A stretch of 61,710 bases of DNA, the filler included, from Sphacelaria rigidula (lineage: Eukaryota), in assembly GCA_964200075.2 (NCBI GenBank). It is 11 parts of 11 records of this genome, joined end to end, with 100 filler letters (N's around TTAATTAATTAA, not from the genome) between each part and the next. Parts side by side here need not be neighbours in the genome. Positions count along the whole stretch, not along the records: positions 22,480 to 27,998 come from CAXNAA020026673.1; positions 28,099 to 33,617 come from CAXNAA020026674.1; positions 33,718 to 39,236 come from CAXNAA020026675.1; 8 more parts are not named here. One strand, written 5' to 3'. The notes under the pieces are model-generated. The model worked only from the letters and a program-made list of their open reading frames with translations, did not search any database and was not told where the DNA came from. A program made the translations under genes and the position numbers. Positions 24,155 through 36,920 of this stretch are shown piece by piece (position 1 is the first letter of the stretch; every line of letters starts with the position of its first letter).

Positions 24155-24495
24155 CCAGTCGCCCGGGTGGCTCAGTTGGTAACCTTGAATCTCGGTGCAG
24201 TCACACGATCTGGCATTTTTTCTCATGCCCAACAGTGGAGAGCGACTATTTCGTGGGTACACAAAATTGGACTTCGCGGTCGACTAGGCAAAGGGATTCC
24301 TTAACCCCTCTCGCGATAAAAATAAAAGGGAAGCACCGCAGAAGGAAGGTGGAGTGCTCAAACAAAACAAAACAAGAAAAACTTCTGTGTTGACCTTCCT
24401 CCTGTGTGACCCCGGCTGGTGCGCCCACACAAACCGCGAGGTGCAGCCCGGCGCTCAGAATAGATGGGACGACAACACATTCAAACGCACAACAT
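24155..24495 (+). mobile_element. tRNA-derived SINE with A box; B-box segment deleted
   Basis: TGGCTCAGTTGG is at 24168-24179. The body is homologous to 11690-11965 and ends in a degenerate CA tail. Confidence 0.8.
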
Positions 24496-24663
24496 ACTGT
24501 CTTGACTCTCATCAAATAACTTGAATCCAAAAAACAGGTACGAAATGATCGGAAACAAATGATTAGGCGCTGCAGGCGCTGGTTTCAGGTCCACAAAGGC
24601 ACACTTTGCCTAGGGCACCATCTACACCTCCTGTGCCCGGGAGTTCTCTAATGCCGTGGTCGG

Positions 24664-25125
24664 AGTTAGGCCTCTCCTTATAGCAAACAAAAAAACTCCA
24701 GTGAAAATACCTTTTCGGTCCTCTTTTGTCGTTTTACGCCCTGAAAGAGACCAGGCGGAGTTTGACACCTTGGATTGACTTGCTCTACCCTTCGGGCCGG
24801 TTCCCGGAGATGTTCGCCTTATCCGGTGGCCATAGGTTGATTTTAACCGAATTTGCATTTTTGTCCCAGAACGGTGGAGAATGGTCAAATCTAGAAATGA
24901 CTACAATTCTTCTCTGGACTGGACCGTCTCTAGACAGAAATGCTTGTTCGGCCGAATAAAAACTGCGGCCACCGGGAAACGCGAAGGTGCCCTGGAACCG
25001 CCTCAACGAGTGGACAAATCCATACAAGGGTGTCCAATCCTCTCATAGGGGGCAAAACAACCAAGAAGGGCCAAAAAAGCATTTCTATAGGATTTTTTTT
25101 GTTTGCTACAAGGAGCGGCCTTACA
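24664..25125. mobile_element. MITE-like element with about 85-bp imperfect inverted repeats
   Basis: aggcctctccttatagcaaacaaaaaaa.. at 24668 pairs with ..tttttttgtttgctacaaggagcggcct ending at about 25121. Confidence 0.6.
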
Positions 25126-25249
25126 GTTATCAGGGTTTAGCGGCACCTCATGTGTAGTACCAATCCTCGTTTCTGACCATCTAACAGCTGATCATCCAAA
25201 TTGAGGATAGAGCTTTTCGTTGAGGACGAGAATTTGGAGGAATAAAATA

Positions 25250-25525
25250 TCCGTGTCCACACCAAATTTTCGAAATGTGTTTCTATTCCTTCACCTACTC
25301 GTAACTATTGACAACCGAAATGTTGGGGTCCTCGAGGAAGAAACAATTTTGGGGAATTTAGGTGATCCGACGGATCGCCGAGATTCCCCAAAATTCGTTC
25401 TTCACCTGGAACCCCACCATGTCGGTAATCGAAACCCACATTTGAAGGGCATGTAGCAGTTGTCAATAGCTACCAGTAGGTGAAGTAATCGAATCGTATT
25501 TCGAAGATTTGCTGTGGATACAGCA
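25250..25525. mobile_element. MITE-like element with about 70-bp imperfect inverted repeats
   Basis: cttcacctactcgtaactattgacaac pairs with gttgtcaatagctaccagtaggtgaag. Confidence 0.6.
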
Positions 25526-25825
25526 GTGGCCCCGATTTTATGTCAACTATTTGATGCTAAATAGATTATATGCCGATTTTTCCAGGGAACACATTTTGTT
25601 CCGCGTGTGTGTTTCGTGCAGAAAACACAGGAGAAGTGGGCAACGTGCAGCGCAGACAGCCCAGGACTATCAGTTTTCTCTGCTTTTACAATGCCACGCG
25701 AAAAGGTAATCAGCAACGTGCAGCTTTGTACTACCTGCAATGTCCATGAGCGTGCAGGCAACTGGGTTGCCCACCGTACCACGCAGTTCCGTCGCTGATG
25801 CCTACCATATGAGAAGATGTGCAAG

Positions 25826-26886
25826 TTTTCCACAGGCACCGTAGGTCAGGTACCGTACCGAGCGTACCCCCGGTATTTACCGGGGCATCCCGTACCGTGG
25901 TATGCGTAGGTATCGTGGATACGACATTTGAAAATACCGCATTGGGCGGGTACGGTAGGTACTGAAATATCGAAATACCCTGGTACCGTAGGTACCGTAG
26001 GTATGAGTTTTGAAAATATCGGATTGGGGGGGTACCGTAGGTATTGAAATATCGAAATACCGTGGTATCGTAGGTATCGTAGGTATGACATTTGAAAATA
26101 CCGGACTGGGTCGGTATCGGTAGGGTATGATATGTGTCCCAAATACCGGTACCGGGCACTTACCTACGGTGCCTGTAAAGTTTTCACAGGCACCGTAGGC
26201 AAGGTACCGTACCGAGCGTACCCCTTGTATTTACCGGGGTATCCCCCAGACCGTGATATGCGTAGGTATCGTAGGTTTGAGTTTTGAAAATACCGGATTG
26301 GGCGGGTACGGTAGGTATTGAAATATCGAAATACCCCGATATCATAGGTATCGCAGGTATGAGTTTCGAAAATACCGGATTTGGCAGGTACGGTAGGTGC
26401 TGAAATTTCGCAAAAGCCGGGTATCACAGGTGTCGTGGGTATGAGTTTCGAAAATACCGATTTGGGTCGGTATCGGTAGGTTATGAGATGTCCCAAATGC
26501 TGGTACCGGGTACCTGCCTTACCCTCTATACCGAATTCAGAACTTTCATCTAGCAGTGCGAAGCGTTTCAGATCTGAGTGCAAGTTGGGCAGTCAAAATT
26601 TTCAGAGGCACCGTAGGTAAGGTACCGTACCGAGCGTACCCCCGGTATTTACCGGGGTATCCCATACCGTGGTATGCGTAGGTATCGTGGATACGACATT
26701 TGAAAATGCTGGATTTGGCGGGTACGGTAGGTATTGAAATCTCGAAATACCGTGGTATCGGAGGTATCGTAGGTATGACATTCGAAAGTACGAAAATACC
26801 GGATTGGACCGGTACCGGTAGGGTATGATGAGATGTCCCAAATACCGGTATCGGGTACCTACCTTACCTACGGTGCCTGTAAAAGT
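25826..26886. mobile_element. Three tandem copies of a 280-350-bp MITE (TIR ACAGGCACCGTAGG) with internal about 70-bp GGTA-rich subrepeats
   Basis: Left TIRs are at 25832, 26186 and 26604. Right TIRs (CCTACGGTGCCTGT) end at 26176 and 26880. The right end of copy 2 is degenerate. Confidence 0.8.
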
Positions 26887-26894
26887 TCTCATAC

Positions 26895-27310
26895 ATCAGA
26901 CGAACACGAGTGTGACTCGTGGCACTCGCATTCGTTGGGCTGCTGGTTTGCCGAAAAAATCAAAAGGGCGAGCACTCGAGTCATCGCTCGTTGTTGAAGC
27001 AGGTTAGCCATATGTATTTTCTTCTTTATTATCTATCCCTGTTTTTGCTTGTATCGCGTTTTGTGAGTTTTTAATCGGGGTATTTCTTCTTTTGCTTTTT
27101 TGCTAGCGTGTGACCACGGAAGTCGTCTGTATCAGATGCCCGGTACGAATGTACCGCGCAGATATCGGAACGGTTTTTGATATGAAGACAACAACAGCAA
27201 CAAAAGAAAGTAATGACTCGAGCACACGAGTCATGCTCGTTGTTTTCTCGAAAAACATCCACGAGTGCACTCGTTTCGACAAGTAATGACTCGTCCAACG
27301 TGTGCAATTT
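26895..27310. mobile_element. Second copy of the GAGCACTCGAGTCA MITE family, with an internal unrelated repeat
   Basis: Matches 13135-13230 and 14615-14710. The segment 27098-27167 also matches 61641-61710. Confidence 0.65.
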
Positions 27311-28155
27311 CCGCCCATAAAAAATGAACAAAGCACACCCGGCTACTCCTGTGCTCAAATCCTGCTCTATGCTGCAGGGTTAAAGGGTTGCGGTGGTAGC
27401 TGAGAATGAGTTGGATGGAGTTTGCACGGTTCTGTGAACAGGTGTTATCTGGCATGGTGGTCTGGAAGATGGGAGTCAAGTGCCGCTTCGTGCCTTTCGA
27501 CCGCATGTTTTCGATCGAGGGAGATTGTTTTTCACCTCATTGCATTCTTCTTCGCGCGCCGCTAATTACACTTTTGAGTAGAAGCCTTATAGGAACATAA
27601 ATGCGGTGGACCTATCAGATCGGCAGAAAAAATCGACCGCACTTTTTTTAATCGGAAAAAAAAAGTGTGAGGGCGTGTCTTGAGGCCAACTCTTATGGGA
27701 GCGTTTGAAATTTTATGTTGTAACAATTTCAGCGGAGTTTTTTCTTTCTTTGTCATCATGGTGAACGGGCACAAAATACACAAGTACGGCAAAGAAGAAG
27801 AAAAAAGTCGTTTATAATTATTGCAAGATAAAATTCTAGACGCTCCCATGAGGGTTGACCTGGGCACTTTTTTTTCGATCGAAAAGACTAGCGGTGGAAT
27901 TGAGTCAAGCGAAAATTTCTCGTTTTGATGCAGTTGGGTCCGGATGGATTTCAAAGCTTTCAATCGAAAAAATACAGTGAAATTCGTGAAACGGTACANN
28001 NNNNNNNNNNNNNNNNNNNNNNNNNNNNNNNNNNNNNNNNNNTTAATTAATTAANNNNNNNNNNNNNNNNNNNNNNNNNNNNNNNNNNNNNNNNNNNNGG
28101 GGGCGGGGGGGGAGCGGGGGGGGAGGAGACCCCCCGAGCGCGGCCGCCCCACGGG

Positions 28156-28189
<34 letters not shown>

Positions 28190-28687
28190 CTACTCATTTG
28201 TTGCCTACATTAGTCGTTTGATCATTGACCACGCATTTCTTTCGAGACGGAGCACGTACCGGGGGAGAAATGGGTGGATCTTTTGAGAACGCGGACTCAT
28301 ACCGAGGAAGGGGAAGTGTTGAAAAGTGTGACAAAAAAAAAAGTGCGAAGAATATGGTACGATACATGGGCACATATTTAAAATTCTACAAAAGCATACC
28401 GCAACAAGTTGACGTCTGGCTCGTTAAATTCACACATACGTTTAGTATACATACGCTCGAGATTGCAAGAAGGTCTTGATACACTCCGCACAGAAGAATG
28501 GAGCAGCATTCGCTCGAATGGGATGTGCATAACTACGCACGAAGAATGGGTTCAAGGCTACGAAAAAACTGTACAAAACGAATCTCTTTGGAGTACCCAA
28601 GGGTTTTCTCCCTCGAGAAATGAAACCACCGACTCCAACTCCCAACTGTGAGGCAGAACAAAAAACACAAGTATCTTCAGCTACGGC

Positions 28688-29864
28688 TCATTTCGTCCGT
28701 TCGAGCTCTTTGATGGATCGCCAGACCCTCCACCGGTAGAGAAGGTTGTTCTTGCTCTTGGCCGACAACCTACATGCAGGTGTTCATGAGATGGGCGAAG
28801 AAGAAAAAAAAACGAGGGAACGGAACGAAACGACACGAAACGAAACGAGTCGAATCGAACGGAACTAACTTGACAGTAGACGAGCAAAATATCATAACCT
28901 ACGTCCTCGAATACGCCACACACTGAAGATGAGACAAGTCACATCAAATGCAGCACAGAAAACAACAAAACAGAAAAGCATGGGGTTATTACACTATTCT
29001 TTGTTTGCGCGTCAGAATCGAATCGCCTGTTCGAGTCGCATGGCTTGAATGTCGTTCGTAACAACATAACAAACACAACATCGGGGGGGCATCATGTGCA
29101 TACGCACTCCCAAAGATATCGAGATAGAAGTGAACAAAATAAAACAGCAGAACTATTTTTGATCTGGTGAGAATTTCACCGTTTGAGAGACCACAACTCC
29201 TTCACGCTGAAGAGAATCGGCAACATGTGCAGTACTAGGAAAAGCAAAAAGTAGACAAGCGAAGACGAAGAACGAACGACAGAAAAAAAAAATGTGTCCC
29301 AAGGTTTTCGTGAAATTAAATATTACAGCATTCGATTGGGAGTAAGCTTTTGAGGACTTTTGTCGAATCGGCATCATTTTCACTTGCGAAGTTACTGCGT
29401 GACTCTGATTTCGAACCCTGGAGGTCAAAGCATCGTGATTCCGATGAGTTGGTCGTCGGATGTATATTTCGAGAACAAAGCTGATGTACGATTCTTTGAA
29501 ATCGCGATGGGCCAATACAGTACCCTACATTCGCATTCAACGTATGACGCGGGAGAACCTTTTGGAATGCATGGCGTTGTGTACTGAAATAAATGAAAAT
29601 CATAACCTGCCCAACGTGCAGCGGCGCATGGATGAGAGAAATGTTTCGATGATCGATACTCTCATCCCCCTTATATTTATTCTTATTTTATTCCGATGGT
29701 TACTCATCAGTGTTTCGTGCACTAATGTAACACACAAACACAACAATCTTCCGATCAAGAGCAGACTCTCAATCGTAAGCTACACTCTCTATTTCACCAA
29801 AATATTGTCAAATGTGGAAGAAACAAGGAAAAAGAAAACATTGAATACCAAGAAATAAATAATA

Positions 29865-29895
<31 letters not shown>

Positions 29896-30449
29896 CAAAA
29901 CAAAACGAAACGAAACGAAACGAAACGAAGCGAACAATAGAACAAGAAAACCAGCGGACAGAAGCAGGAGGATACCGAAAAGTCACAAAACACATGAAGA
30001 TATGTACAATGAAAATCAATGAGAGAAGACGTTCTCACCTGTTGAATTCTGCGGCGTTGAGGCCGTTAGCCCGAACGATACTCTCCGCGCCCGCCGGAAA
30101 CTTATAACACATTTTCCTCACGCGGGAGGATTTACTGGTCATCGACTCTTCACATAATGCAGGCGGTAACTTGTCCCACCCGAGCTCCTGGAAAATGACC
30201 TAATTAAGCGCACACAAAGCAAGAAGGTTAGTGAAATCCCCCTATACCGTAATGCAGTGATATTAGCAAGACTTGTTCAGAGGACGGGAAGGGGTTTAAA
30301 GTACGACGGGGCAAAAACTGAAGAAAAAATAAACTCACTTCCTTGAGACGCTTCCGCTGCCTGAGGCGAAAAGACTCCACCTCCATCAAGCTCTTGGCAA
30401 ACAGCAATGTCTCGTCCATATGTCCCAACGCCTTCTTACCCTCACTCAC
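28688..30449 (-). CDS. 3' part of a DUF4168-like protein gene (3 exons)
   Basis: GT-AG, phase-consistent exons 30449-30339, 30199-30039 and 28769-28688 give ..FAKSLMEVESFRLRQRKRLKE|VIFQELGWDKLPPALC..RKMCYKFPAGAESIVRANGLNAAEFNR|LSAKSKNNLLYRWRVWRSIKELERTK*. The IV..NGL...EFN motif resembles DUF4168 (from recall, not searched). Confidence 0.8.
29866..29928 (+). repeat. Compound pentanucleotide microsatellite (AAAAC)n(GAAAC)n, intronic
   Basis: Read directly. A related GAAAC-type run lies at about 28817-28865. Confidence 0.9.
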
Positions 30450-31867
30450 CTATACCATAACAATACAAACGCGGGAAAAGAGAGGAAAAAAGGGGGGGGA
30501 CGCGGGAAAAGAAAGAAGTTACGGACAAGGGTGGGTAGGTGAGTAGGTGAGTAGGTTAGTAGGTGAGTGGATGGGGGGAGGGGTGCACAAAGCATCGTTT
30601 CTCGTTTCGAACTCCGCTGTCACGTGTACTCGAGACTTCGTTCGCAAATATTGCCTCCGTTTACTGTAATTATATTCAGGTATACATGGTGAATCTTGTG
30701 TGACCGCGGATGGGTTTGTATCAGGTTAGATCATGTCAATCAACCAAGCGCCCGAGCACCCGAGCACCCAAGCAACCAGTCAGTCTATCGGACGACAGTG
30801 CTAGTCAACCTCTTCACTGGCGAGTCGTCCGAATAGAGACCGTGTTCACCGAAACATATCGACGCAACATCCCCACATGAACCCACATTCAGGAAGCGTG
30901 ATCACCGCACAAGATAAAAACACCAGGATTGTGGGTTGTGATCGCTGCCGGATGCTATACGCAGTATAGCACCTGCACCATATGCCGACGGCGTCTGAAA
31001 CGGGGAGGGCATTAGTTGCGACGCAATCATCGCATCCAAGAGGATCCACGAATGCATTATTTTTCGTCACTCATTAGAACCTCTACCGTCAGTTGGGCAC
31101 TCTGAAATGCGCAGTCTAAGGTGCGCTCTGTTGAGTCGTGTGCGAGGGATCTGTGCAATGATCGATCCGTCTGTGATCTGTAACGTATCATGTGACCTGT
31201 TGTGTGATATGTGCGGTGGTGACAACCTACTGTATAAATGAAAAACACTGCTGCAGATAGCTGGGACAATACCGACATGTGCACACAAATATATATAGAG
31301 AGGTGAGGAGTAACTATCCATTACTTCCTCCGAAGTGCTTCTTAGACCATCATTTCAGTACCCCCAAGATCCACGAAACCGTTGGGGTAGGGTGGGAGGG
31401 ATTACTTCCTACATGATGGGGAATCATGGATGTACAGGCATGTTCAGGATGAACGACCGTGTTCGCTCCCCAGCGATCCCTCACGCCGTTCTTTAAGCTA
31501 GACCCTAGAACTCTGCATACGGGTGCTCCGAGATATTTAGAATGGATCTACAGTATAAATTCGGAATTTCGAAAAAAATCGCGCCAGACATCTGGGGTCC
31601 CAGGAGGCGGTGTCGGTCAGCACACCGGTGTGGAAAACTTCAGGGTCTTAATCGAAAAAACGGCGCGGGAAACGCCAATATATGCGTTGAGGTTTACTAA
31701 TGTACGCAGAATCCTCCAAATTACTCGACTATAGTATGCTAACGACGTTTTCCTTGGGCGCTTGAGCTCAAATCGACCGATTGGGATCAGCTTTCGAGTT
31801 ACGCAACGAAACTTCGTATACAAGCTGGTTCAGATTGAACGCCCAAAATTCATTCCCCGGGAATTCC

Positions 31868-32136
31868 TCACGCCGGTTTTTCGAGTTAGAACACGAAAAT
31901 TTGTACACATGTTCTTGAGGGCACTATCTAAGACTCGAAGCCCGGTTTTTATTCATATTTTTTTGGTGTCGAGATAGTCGGCATCTGACCCCTCCCCCGG
32001 TCACGTAGGTCAACCGCGACCTTGGATTAAAAACCATCAACAAATAAAAATAAAAATAACGGTCTTAGAGTTTTAGCTAGTGCCCTCAAGAACATGTGTG
32101 CAAACCTTCGTGGTCTGACTCGAACAACCGGCGTGA
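31868..32136. repeat. About 75-bp imperfect inverted repeat pair (MITE-like)
   Basis: tcacgccgg..cacatgttcttgagggcacta pairs with tagtgccctcaagaacatgtg..ccggcgtga. Confidence 0.65.
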
Positions 32137-32370
32137 GCAAATCGCGAAACGCGCGCTGAAGTATGAAAAAGTCTGCGTGTCCCCCTGATTACTTGATTAG
32201 AGTATAAGTGACGATTTTACCGGTTCTTTTTGGTTTGCACGCGCTGTTCTGCTCAAGAGTTTCGAGTTAGATCATGAAAATTCACACAAATGTTTTTTGG
32301 GATGCCAATAACCCCAAGGTGTCGAAACTTTGGGGGTTGAGGCATTCTGTACCGGTTTCCAGGGGTGTTT

Positions 32371-33500
32371 ATGCTGGGACCCCCGGAAGCCGGTAGAGAA
32401 CGGAGAAACTTTGAAATCTTGCCAAGAAAGCAATTTTTCCATTTGGAACATCAATATCTACGAAACTGCCAAGTTTGAGGATGATCTGAGTTTTTCTGCA
32501 TCAAATAAAAGGGAAATCGTCACGAGGCTCCGTGGGTCTTTCGTACATATCATGAGTGGAAGTTAGACGAAGCCAAAGCTCCACATCACCGAAACATTAC
32601 GGTTTTGGGCGAAATTCGAGCCCGTTGGAACCGTTTTTAACTCTGTTTCTCCCGTTAGACTCCCAGGCTGATGACGGCTACTACGAGTTGAACCATGTGG
32701 AGATTCGGTGGAAATTGGGCTTGGAATTCGTGTTTTCAATATCGGAACAATTCGGAGGGCGCTGATTGGTCGAGACATAATTTTGTCCATAGCGCCACCG
32801 CTATAGCCTTACACGAAAACATGGCTATGTCACCATTTTTGTCTGTTCATTGCGGTCAGTATGGTATCACATTTGTGCATATTGGCTGGGTTTTGCGTTC
32901 GTCATCAGCCGGGGAATAAATTTTGGGTATTCAATCTGAAACAGCTTGTAAACGTTTCTTGGACTACCTCGAGACGAATAATTTTTATAGTTTATTCATC
33001 TTAGAGCAATCTGCACCGCCTTCTGCAAGTCTTCACGCTGGGACCCCCGGTAGCCGGTAGAGATCGGATAAACTTCGAAATGTTTTTCAACAAGTATGGT
33101 TTCATTCGCAGCACCGATATCTACCAAATTGACAATTTTAAGGATTGGAGCTTTTCAGCGAAATTACAAGGGGAAACATCAAGAGGCTTTCTGGGTCTTC
33201 GATGAGTATTATCATCCGTGAAAATCCGACGACGCCAAACCCCACATCACCAATACCATGTTTCGGGGGTATAACTGGAGCCCGTACAAATCGTTTTCAA
33301 ATCTGGCTTTTGCGTTAGATTCCCTAGCTGACGGCGATTACTAAGGTTCGCTTCGTGATGAGATTGGGTACAAATTGTATCGGGAACTCGCGATTTTTAT
33401 TTTCAGAACAACTTGAAAGCCCATGATTGGCCGAGAAATATTTTCACTACCAGCGCCATGGCGAAGCAGGCAATGGAAAATCTGACCATGTCACACTGTT
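32371..33500 (+). repeat. Two diverged direct copies of an about 470-bp interspersed repeat; a third partial copy at 50575-50750
   Basis: gctgggacccccgg.agccggtagaga occurs at 32373 and 33038. gggcgctgattgg..gagaca..ccatagcgccaccgcta occurs at 32757 and 50575. Confidence 0.7.
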
Positions 33501-33717
33501 CGTTTGCCCTTGGAAATCACGACGATAATGAGTAAATTTTGCGTCCTGTATCTGAAAGGCGCCTACAACATTTCATCTCTGACTACTGCTCATACTTCGG
33601 GATACACGCGACATCGTNNNNNNNNNNNNNNNNNNNNNNNNNNNNNNNNNNNNNNNNNNNNTTAATTAATTAANNNNNNNNNNNNNNNNNNNNNNNNNNN
33701 NNNNNNNNNNNNNNNNN

Positions 33718-36700
33718 GTGGAGGAACCAAACCCACCGAACACACGAGGGTGCACGGTGGACAGACAATGCTCGTCCGCCGCGCCCGCGTTGATCATCTG
33801 TTGCCAGCAGCTGGCTGTAATGAACGTTTGAGGCGAACCAGAGTCTGGTAGCCAAAAGCTATCAAATGACAGCTTGCACGCACTCCACTATGTAACCCTA
33901 CCTTGGTCGTAAAAGAAGCATCATCCAGAGTTACAGTACCACTGACGAGATCGGGCCCGAATTCGGGTATGACATCTGACACATCCTGCTTCGCGTTTTG
34001 AACAAAGGTGCTGAAATACACCCGTTTATGATCCTGTGGGACGAGCTTTTGGTCGGAAGGATGGTGCGTGCATGGGGTGTCAGTGTTTGTGCCTGGAATA
34101 TTTGTCTCATCAGTCGAGGGTTGAATCTCATATACTGCAACGGAGGGGCGATGCCGGTGAAGGGCAGTTGTCGTGGTTGGACCCGACAACTGGTCTGCGC
34201 GTGGTGTTTCATCATTATTGGCCAACAGAGTGGGCGAATCGTCAGTGTGAACAGTGGGATCAATTACATTATCCAGCTTGGTTGGGACAGGGGACGATTC
34301 ATCGGGGCGCGGTGTTGAGTTTGACACGCCAATCAACTCAATACCATCACTAGTTAGGACCAACATGGGAGGTTTCGGAGACGATTCGTCACGACACGGG
34401 GTTGGTAAAGCTGTACTGGTCAACCCGGCGTCTATTAAAGGGGCCAACGTGGGCGAGTTAGGAGACGAGTCGTCTTGCGTAACACTTTGTTTGCCTGGTG
34501 ACGAACACACGATTAAGGTGCCTTCATGACTAGGATGCGAACGTCCATGAGTCGGCGAAGTCTTTGTCCCTACAGACGGCAACGCTGCATCGGAAATGGG
34601 ACTAATGCCGAGATAACCCCTCCACAAAAAGTGCACCGGAGATCGTCCGACAAACCGGCTGCGATTCCACTTTTGGGCTCGTTTGCAGCAATTTCGCCCA
34701 CATGAGAGGCGTGTAGCAGTCCGAAATCAGCTACATCGCACGCATGAGTCACGTCGTGCAGCACGAAACCGCTATGGCGGCATTTATAATCATCGCCTCC
34801 GAGCACGTTTTCGGCCGGTTCGGGGGGGGGCTATCTCGGCAGCAGCCATGGGTTCTAACGTAGTGCACACGGGGTGGTCAGGGAGCAGTAACGATCTGTT
34901 CGAAATCTGGGGAGTACCGGCCTGTTCCACTCCAAGGTTTTCATCTGTCTGAGCCCACACACAATCTCCTCCGTGGAGTTCACGTGCGCTTACTACATCA
35001 GGGTTATCTACATGATCATCTGGAGGAGCCCGTTTCTGGTGACGCATGTAGCGCACGAAAGGATCGGCGGCTCCGGGAACTATTGAAATGAGTTCTTCGA
35101 TAGTCGAACCTAGGTCACGCTCTTGGCGCACCACCTGAGTCGCTGTCACTTGGGGTTCCATTCCAATCCGCTGAGCGACGGAAAGCATGGGTTCTTTGCG
35201 GTTGCGACCCTTCAAGGAATAAATACACTCATCAAATAAAAGGGAACCAGGTACCGTAGTTTTCGCGGAACTCGGTAGGGTGGTTAGCCGGGCACTTGAG
35301 CAGTTGGGGGGTGCTTGAGTGTGAGGCTTCGAATTTTGTGTTTTCCGATGAATGGTCGGAGCAGCAGTGTCTGTCGTACCAGAAGATATTTTGGCTCCTG
35401 ATGCGTAAGAAACTGCACTACATGACTTCCTCTCCTTTGAAGGGAGGGGATTCGATTGAATATGATTAGTACCTGATGAATGTAAAACTGGGTGATCAAA
35501 CCCAGGGTTGGAACGTGGGGTTTGGTCATTGCTCAATTGATAGCCATGCAACGGTGCACGGGCTTCGACTGTATTGGAATCCTTCAAGATATTGTCAGCA
35601 TATCCAGGGAACCCACACCACATGGTTGAACCCGCGGTGGCCACCGTTGATTCGTGCGTGCGATGTGCGTGACCTGGCCGAGCGAAAACAATTGTTGACA
35701 TAAAAGTGTTGGGTACTTCTGCAGTAAATTACCGGTAATTGTATATTTCTAATTGTGGGATTGTACCAACTAGATGAGAAATGACTGACAGAAGTAGGAA
35801 AATAAATAGGCAGGTGGCGGGGCTTAGCGTTTGGGCTACGCAACGCGTCCTGGGTTACCCCACTGTATGCTATTTGGAATCTCCGCAACTTGTAGAACGT
35901 TCCCAAAAGGTTGTCAAGTTGTGAGTTGAGCATCAGTGCTGTGTGGGTACCGCCCTGGCGGGGTTCAGCCGCGGCACTAGGTCCACTCATGTGTAAAAGT
36001 CTACCGTTTTGTGAGTGGGCCGGTGCATGTGGTTGAAAGTGCGCCAGGTCAGGTGGGTCAGGCAGTGAATCAGTTGTCCCCTTGGGGGCGGAGCATGCGA
36101 CCGTACGACGCAGTTGTGATTGCCGGACTTGCCAACATAGTCCAAAATGACGCGAAATTTCCAAGTGTCTTCTTGTCAACAGCTCATGTTCTTGCTCCGC
36201 AGTTTCCAGAGCCTTCGTGGATTTGCGTATCGCGCGTTCTAGTTCATTTTGTTCTGTTGGCTTGTTCTCGGGGTGGACATCCATCTCACGGGGGACCTGC
36301 GCGGGCTCTTGTACCCCTGAAAAACCCTCATGTTGACCCGCCTGGAGGCGGGCAAATTCCAAATCTCTCAACGCATGTTCAAGCTGTGCGAGATTGCTGT
36401 TATTAATCTGGTCCCAGCACGTTTTTCGTTCATTTACCGAAACGTTGTACCAACGCGGGGGAATGAGGGCTGGGGAAGTTTGCTTGAGCTGGAAATATGC
36501 TTCGTCACGCGTGGGCGGGGATTGTTCTGGCTTGGGCTGGTCATCAACAGCCAGAGTGGGGCTATTACAGGGTTCAGCACCGGTTTGGGTGCGGGAGTCA
36601 TGGGTAGGAAAGGTTTTCGTAGCATTAGGGCTCACTTGGAGAGATGCCATCTGAGAATGAAGAGCGGAAACACCGTCAGCGGTTTGAGTGGCTGGTTGGT

Positions 36701-36920
36701 TTACAGGGGAGTGGGCACCAACGGGTTCAGGGTCAGCATGTGGAGGAGGATTGTCTTCATCCATACTCACGTCCCTGAAAAGACGTCCTGCAACGACAGT
36801 ATCATCAACATCAAAACGTTCCGGTTTGTTTTTGCCAACCATCTCACTACGCATGATTTGAGTTGGTTGTATGGTTGTCTTCACCATTGTCTGTAGGGAG
36901 GGCACCGTCCTTCGTGACAT
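33718..36920 (-). mobile_element. Ty3/gypsy-like aspartic protease fragment (33718-33851) preceded by long frameshifted ORFs (possible gag/ORF1)
   Basis: A minus frame reads LPDSGSPQTFITASCWQQMINAGAADEHCLSTVHPRVFGGFGSS, with the retropepsin DSG motif at 33845. It follows ORF 33794-34636 via a frameshift. Same-strand ORFs 34790-35701 and 35595-36920 lie upstream, but their assignment to the element is inferred. Confidence 0.65.

Noticed and set aside
25731..26892. Repetitive Y/R/P-rich ORFs
   Set aside because: They are translations of the MITE subrepeats.
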